A stretch of DNA of 64,000 nt from Macrostomum lignano. Its lineage: Eukaryota. Shown piece after piece: positions 58,016 through 64,000 of this stretch. Location: contig NIVC01000251.1 in NCBI GenBank assembly GCA_002269645.1, positions 124,001 through 188,000 of the forward strand, read 5' to 3'. Position 1 is the first letter of the stretch; each line of letters begins with the position of its first letter. The position numbers and the translations under genes were made by a program. The notes under the pieces are model-generated. The model was not told the DNA's origin. It saw only the letters and a program-made list of their open reading frames with translations, and did not search any database.

Positions 58016-60250
58016 TTAATTTTCGGTTGCCCTTTCATTAGCATGTTGTACCACTTGACATTTGAATGAGTAGGCCGGGTGTTCACCACCACAGTTTGCA
58101 CACCTGAAGCCAGTGTCTTTTGGGCAATCACCGGAAAAGTGCGCCCCGGCACATTTATTGCAGACGAAGCCGGCGTTGCACCTGCTCTCGGAGTGACCGA
58201 GCCCTTGGCACCTCTGGTACTGGATTTCCTTGACCGGTGGAAGGTTGTGCGATTCTTCGCACCGGAATTTTAATGCCCCCAGCCTAATGCCATTTTCCAG
58301 GCATGTATCGTATGTAGCTCTAGATTTTGTAAACATGCGAATTAAATGTGTTGGTTGTCCTGAGGCTTTGGAGATGATACGTGTTGCTCCGTCGAATTGT
58401 AGGTGTGCTTGATTTTCGTCTAAGTATTCGAGAAGTTCCTCAGCTTCTACGGCTAGAGGAACGCCTTTGAGGATAAACGAGCGCACCTGCGGCGACTTTA
58501 GAGGCTTTCGCAGCCGATCGTCACCTTGGTGCCGTGGCCTGTCTGACGGCAGACGCCTGGTGACCGTGTGCCCGTTAATTTCATTAGTTTTTAATGTAGC
58601 TGTTAATAAATTATTCATATCACTAGGTGAGTTTGTAAATACAAGGTACCCAGAGCTATGGTACAGCTCTTTAACAGACATGATGCGAATGTTCGGAAAA
58701 TTATTTTTTAGAAAGCTTTCAAATTTGATTGGATTTTTTGCCTCAACAGGCATTTCAAAAATAACAGGCGAGATTTTCGTTAGTTTGTTAGACTGCTGAT
58801 AGCGTGCGCTTGATTGCTGAGCCTGGGCAGATTGCTGGCTAGCCTGATCTGGTTGCTGTGTGTGGGTGCCTGATTGCTGTGAGTGAGTGCTTGATTGCTG
58901 TGATTGAGTGTTTGCTTGCTGGTTAGTAGCTTGCGGCAAACTGTAGCTATTAGGCTTTTGTGTGTGAGTGTCAGACGATTGATGCTTTGGCTTAGTGCTT
59001 GGCTGCTGAGTGGCTGAGTGTGCTTGCTGAGTGTTTGAGTGTTGCTGAGTGTCGTTAGTTTGCTTGTTGCTAGACAGAGTGGCTGGTTGCTGAGGCTTGG
59101 CTGAGTCAGATTGTTGAGTGCTCTGCTTGTTGTTTTCTTGAGCATCAAGTTTAGTAATTTGAGTAGCTTGTTGGTTGGTAGTTGGTTGTGAACGCCGATT
59201 GGCTTCGTTTGACTTAGTTTCTGGCTTTTGTCTAGTTTGGCTGTTAGATCTGGCCCTAATTTTGTTAATATTCTCTGCATCCTGCCTGGCTCTGCGACGA
59301 ACAGAGTCTTCGTCGTCCAGGTCGCAACTAATCGCGCAGTCAATCGGCTGAACGCAAGGATTAGAGCCTAAAGCAGGAGCAGGATCGAGCCTACGATCAG
59401 AAGTAAGGCGGAAAGTTAAGTTGACCCGGAGGTCTTTGACTTTGGCGTCTCTGAGGATACCATGTTGAAGGTGCTTCTGAGTAGCTCCACTCATTACAAG
59501 AAGAGAGCCACTGGCCAGTTTCTGCGAAAAGACCACATTGGAAGACGTGGACTTAGTTCGAAGCTGAAAGTCCCGTTCAGCACCGAAGGAGAGAGAAGTG
59601 ATAGTCGGATTGGGACCTAGTTCTGGTTCATCATCACTATGCCAAGGAATATTCACAGTCCCGTCCTTGTAGAAATTGACAAGACATGAGTTGAATAATG
59701 GCATGTTAAACTCTGCGCTAAGCCAGGTGACCAGCCTGTTGATCAGCGGATGCCAGTCATCATTGGCTTCAATCTTAGTGTTACCATAGCTGTAATCTGG
59801 GCCAAACCACACTATTTTCCTAGATTCTGGCCGGCCGTTAGTTAGATGGTGGAAAGCTTTTGGTTCTAATTCTTTTGTTAGTATTCGGAGAATTTCTCTT
59901 TCAGAGTTCTTGAGAGCATTTGGAAAATAGCTAACATTACAGTTGTTCGGTAATTTTGCAATTGTGTTATTGCCTTTGTCAGTTTGCAGTGAAAATGTTA
60001 GAGTTTGGATGTCGCTAGTGGAACTAGTGTCTAATTTGCCCCTAACAGGTGGTCCGCTACTCTCACCGTTGGAGCTTGAAATTGCTTGAGGAGGTGTCTC
60101 AGGAAGAGGAGCACTAGACGGCGACGCCGAATGCTGAACTGGTTGGCGACCTGGTCCCGAAGACACACGATTGTTGGCCTTCTTACTGGCCGTGATTGGT
60201 GGTGAGTCTGTCTCTCGTGCGGATCGTTTGATACTACTTTCAACCTCCAT
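58016..60250 (-). CDS. LINE ORF1: ALKBH2/3-like 2OG-Fe(II) dioxygenase + Q/S/T linker + RRM-like region + 3 CCHC knuckles
   Basis: FNSCLVNFYKDG, WHSDDE (HxD), SLSFGAER, GSLLVM, QHGI (H), RVNLTFR (RxxxxxR); knuckles QRCQGLGHSESRC, CNKCAGAHFSGDC, CANCGGEHPAYSFKC. Confidence 0.92.
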   Translation of the reverse strand: MEVESSIKRSARETDSPPITASKKANNRVSSGPGRQPVQHSASPSSAPLPETPPQAISSSNGESSGPPVRGKLDTSSTSDIQTLTFSLQTDKGNNTIAKLPNNCNVSYFPNALKNSEREILRILTKELEPKAFHHLTNGRPESRKIVWFGPDYSYGNTKIEANDDWHPLINRLVTWLSAEFNMPLFNSCLVNFYKDGTVNIPWHSDDEPELGPNPTITSLSFGAERDFQLRTKSTSSNVVFSQKLASGSLLVMSGATQKHLQHGILRDAKVKDLRVNLTFRLTSDRRLDPAPALGSNPCVQPIDCAISCDLDDEDSVRRRARQDAENINKIRARSNSQTRQKPETKSNEANRRSQPTTNQQATQITKLDAQENNKQSTQQSDSAKPQQPATLSSNKQTNDTQQHSNTQQAHSATQQPSTKPKHQSSDTHTQKPNSYSLPQATNQQANTQSQQSSTHSQQSGTHTQQPDQASQQSAQAQQSSARYQQSNKLTKISPVIFEMPVEAKNPIKFESFLKNNFPNIRIMSVKELYHSSGYLVFTNSPSDMNNLLTATLKTNEINGHTVTRRLPSDRPRHQGDDRLRKPLKSPQVRSFILKGVPLAVEAEELLEYLDENQAHLQFDGATRIISKASGQPTHLIRMFTKSRATYDTCLENGIRLGALKFRCEESHNLPPVKEIQYQRCQGLGHSESRCNAGFVCNKCAGAHFSGDCPKDTGFRCANCGGEHPAYSFKCQVVQHANERATEN

Positions 60251-60609
60251 AAGCCTAGCAACTATAATTTAAATCTTAAAACAATTTAAGCCTTAAAACA
60301 GTAGGCTAATAAAACTTTTTATAAAACTGATTAAAACTATAAACAATATAAGCGACTATACCTACTAGTAGTAGTAGTTTGTAAGTAAAGTACAAGAGAA
60401 GGCCTTAATTATCTACTAACACTAAATTCTATATAGACGAAAAGCCTGGCGCCGAGTTGCAGACGTCGCGCGCGGTTGCAGGTGCCTGGCGCCGCTGCTG
60501 CCGCACACCGCTGAAGTCGCTAGACCGCGCCGCTGCCGCCGCACCGCCGATGCCGTCGACCAGCCGAGACCGAGGTCGCCGAGGCCACAGCCGCCAAGCC
60601 GCAGACGAA

Positions 60610-60680
60610 GCCGAAGTCGCCGAAGCAGCCGGAGTCGTCGAAGCAGCCGGAGTCGTCGAAGCAGCCGAAGTCGTCGCAGA
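60610..60680. repeat. 18-bp tandem repeat in the GC-rich LINE leader
   Basis: GCCG(A/G)AGTCG(C/T)CGAAGCA x~4. Confidence 0.85.
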
Positions 60681-61047
60681 GAGCCAATGCAGTCGCCAGG
60701 TGAGTCGTCACCACAGATGCTAAAGCCCTCTATAGCCAGAAACCACCCGTAGGCCTACACTGTAGATACCTGTAGTGGTTCAAAAACTATAGAGTTTATT
60801 AGTTACCATGGCAACGACGGCTTTCCCAAGAGCCCAACTGCTCTGTAGTTCTAAAGGAACCCCGATTTTAGCTACTTACCCCCGCTCTAATTATTTCCCC
60901 GGGTTGAAACTACTGATAGTAGGGTAAAAGCATATTTGGACCCACAAAATTTCCCGTTCCTAAAATAATGCCCTACTACACAAGGCGTGTAAAAAGAGAG
61001 TGAAAAGAGAGTGAGAAAAGTAAAGTTTTAGACATTTAACCCCTCGC

Positions 61048-61057
61048 TTATTTATAG
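61048..61057 (-). promoter_or_regulatory. Candidate TATA box upstream of LINE ORF1
   Basis: Minus strand CTATAAATAA ~800 nt upstream of the ATG. Confidence 0.35.
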
Positions 61058-61479
61058 TAAATTTCCCCGATGAAGTCCCTGTGAAACTGTGTCATTTCCC
61101 ACGTTTTCCAGCCACCGCGCAATTCCGGCCGATTCTCACGGTTCCCCTTTCTCATGCGATTTTATGAAATGTCTCTGTTAAAAATGTAATTGAACCCCGC
61201 CCCACATAAAGGCATACAACCCCTCTAAAGTGGAAGCAGACTTTTAGGGCGGCCTGCACTCGCCCCTTGCCATGCCGTCATCAAGCACTTGTGGCTTTTT
61301 GTAAGAGTGCAGCTGTCCACAACTGCTACACTCCGCCACGCTCTGATAACAATGCAATTCCCTAATTTCCTAAATCCTAAGTCCTATTCCTAATAGTTCC
61401 TACGATAGTCCCTAAATATCGGTTGATTACCATCCTTATAGTTAGATGAGGACACGCCCGGAGCTCACCCTTTCATTAC

Positions 61480-62950
61480 AGTGATGGGTTTCGACCTTCG
61501 GGCTCCTTGTTAGGGAAGCCTTCGGGCCTCAGGCTCAGAAATACATCAATTAGAGACCTGGCCCCCCACTCCTGTCAGATGGTCAGCCCCATGGTAGCTT
61601 GATCGTGTGGCGAGCAGTCTAGGTCCTATAGCTAAGAGAGGGACAGCGAGAGACGAGCAGGGAGAATTTTGAAAGTAGAAATTAGCTAACCCGCAGATCA
61701 ACTAACTTGCTGCCACCAGCCCGTGCGCCCTGGCTCACCACACCGGGACTCTCGAAATCGGGCTTCCGACTAGAAGGGGCTTTACACTTACCTGCCAACT
61801 AGTGTCTTTTTGCTGTCAATCTCGAAGTCATAGCCGATGATAAGGGACACTGCTGGGACTAGATCGCGTTGGCCATGCAGGTACAGAGGGGACTTGTGCA
61901 GGGGATTCTTGCGGTGGCGAGTCTATGGGGTAGCTACATGTACTATTACATTGCTAAATACGAAGAAATGTACTTTTGGCCTTCAACGCGCCAACTAGCC
62001 TCTCATAGCGCTGATGATAGGCTAACTCGAACTTCAGAGACCGCATGATTCATTTACCCGAGCCGCTTGGCTACCCTAGAGTGCAGAAAGTACATCTCTG
62101 GCGCCGATTCTGCACTTTTGGCAGTTTTGCTCACTGATTTGTTAGATTGGTCGACTGAGAACTGCCTTGCCATTGGTCCACTGTGACCGGCGCCTACTAG
62201 CTTAGCTACTCATCTGAGCCATCGGCGAACAAAGAAATAAAGCCGACAAAGATAACTGTTAGATTTAACCTTCTCCTTAATTCACTTCACACTTTAGATT
62301 GAATTGGAGTCTTAGACTACTGGCAGTATTATTGAATGATTCCTGCCTCAGCAACAGCACTACTGAACAAAATGAGCAAAAGTGTGCGCCTAATTCAGCT
62401 ACTGCAACAGGGGACAGAAAAGGGATCACCCAATCAAGCAAGTCTAGGTAGCCTCTCACCCAACCAATCAGAAACTCAACAGCCGGAGACCAGGTATTCC
62501 ACAGTGACCGAATCGGCTCGATGCTCTGCCGCTGTAGACTCGGGATGATGCTGTCACAATCTTCGCTGTTAGCTAGCAGGTGATGCTCTTAACTGGATGT
62601 TCGCTGCTGTCGACCGGGGGACTCGTCCTTGATGATGATGGGGGAAGTTGCAATCCGGGGATCAAGAAACGACGGTCGTGCTCCGGGAACCAGAAGTTGC
62701 GCGCTGGGCCCGAGCCAAAGTAAGAAGAAGTTGCGTTCGAGCGGGCCAAAAACTCCGGTTTAAATAGCCGCCAACTGGACCGCAGTTTGTTACAACGGAA
62801 CACGTCGATTCTGATTGGCTGAGCCGTTTTGTTAAAATGAGCGCCGAATTTTCTGATTGGCTTAGCTCGTTGCTACCCAGAATCACGTGACCGAGAGATC
62901 CTATCAGTTCCCACAGGGTCGTAAAAAGATGACAGGTGCGGCCATAAATC
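61480..62950 (-). repeat. Non-coding interspersed repeat copy B
   Basis: Diverged inverted homolog of 16360-17970 that keeps the CCAAT boxes, TATA-like box, splice sites and MGLTI* micro-ORF. Confidence 0.75.
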
Positions 62951-64000
62951 ACTCAAAATCGCAACAAAATGATTTATGACTTTTCGCGTAGGATTGACAG
63001 AAATTAATGAAAAAATATACATTAGAAAGCTCTTATTAAATAGAAAGTGAAGATAATGAAGAGAAATCGCTAATCGCTAATCCCAAGGTACTTTTAGGGG
63101 TAAAACGCATAGCTGTCAAAGCTGTCACACGCTTGAGTGAATCCGAACAATAGGCTCTGACCTCATAAATCTTGATGGCCTGTCAAAATGATGAGAAAAA
63201 AGCTACCGCCCGCATCCTCTCAGACCATCCGGCGCCCGCTTCAACACTGAGTGAGGCGCAGGTGGCTGTCAGATCAGCTTCGAAAGCGATGATTTATGAC
63301 CCAAAAAGCTGCGCCTATGTTATTATGACTACTAGTATGGCCAGACATTATATCTAGTATAGATTCTATGAAGTTCGCAGAAAAAGGATAAAAATGCCCA
63401 CTGCCCACGGTTAGTAGGCAAGTAAGTTTAGAGCCCATGTGCTAGCGCGGGATTTGGGAAAAAGTGCGTCCTCATCAACAGCGCGAACGCGGCCCGGACC
63501 GACAGCAAAACTGGAACTGGTTGGAACCGGCCCGCGGGGGAGACTGATGAGGAGTTGACCTGGACCCCGCCTGGAGACGAAAGCCGGAGAAGGCCGGGAC
63601 CGCACAAGAAGACTGGATCGATGAAGTGGAAAGGGATAACGAACAGTAGGAAAGAGGTCTCGGTAGAAGCGGGAACACTTCCTAACTTAGCTAATGCGTT
63701 TCAGGGCTGCCCCCCGCTACCTAGAAAAGGGGTTGGTGTGCCTACCAACCAACTAGCTCAAAGCTTATGAGTTATGACTGTGCTAGAGTTGAGGCTGTGA
63801 CCTCATTCAGGACAAATCCTCTTGCTTGCCGTTGCTAAGTTTTTCATCCCCTCGGTTTCGAGAATATTATATAAGTCGGAGCGGAGCGCGGAAAAACGCG
63901 ACCCCGCGGTTTTGCTAGAGAGTTAGCTTTGAGCTCCGTTAGGTTAACCTACCAGATAACATACTGTGTTCATGTTCTTTCTTGGCCTGATATCCAATCA

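Larger units (their letters stand above)
54505..61060 (-). mobile_element. Non-LTR retrotransposon (I/Jockey-like) with AlkB-containing ORF1
   Basis: ORF1 with triple CCHC knuckles followed by APE-RT ORF2. The 5' and 3' boundaries are not defined. Confidence 0.88.

Noticed and set aside
61480-61545. Hammerhead-ribozyme-like GCCCGAAGGTCGAAAC (minus strand; related text at 17920-17970)
   Set aside because: No CUGANGA core at the right position, no complementary stem III with a UH cleavage site, and GAAA is not kept in copy A.

Overview
Eukaryotic DNA (probably an invertebrate animal; the host cannot be determined from sequence) made almost entirely of nested mobile elements, with no clear host gene. 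(1) A 10.86-kb Polinton/adintovirus-like element (1759-12614; long TIRs, 6-bp TSD CTTGAT) sits inside a decayed Ty3/Gypsy integrase. It has the packaging ATPase, adenain-type protease (split by a 698-bp foldback MITE), major and minor capsid, core proteins and integrase, but no protein-primed DNA polymerase. It also carries a divergent, frameshifted TATA-binding-protein-like gene next to duplicated TATA-box cassettes. (2) A 1.1-kb (TATC)n satellite. (3) A 1.6-kb non-coding promoter+intron unit present twice (16.4-18.0 kb, +; 61.5-63.0 kb, -). (4) An internally deleted Merlin transposon (8-bp TSD). (5) Two decayed copies of a second Polinton family (27645-33089 with 6-bp TSD TTGCAT, and ~34495-36900; capsid, penton, integrase and PLA2 remnants). 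(6) A decayed OTU-Rep-PIF1 Helitron/Helentron. (7) A near-intact I/Jockey-type LINE whose ORF1 is fused to a complete ALKBH2/3-like dioxygenase domain. Protein assignments come from motif recognition by eye, not database searches.
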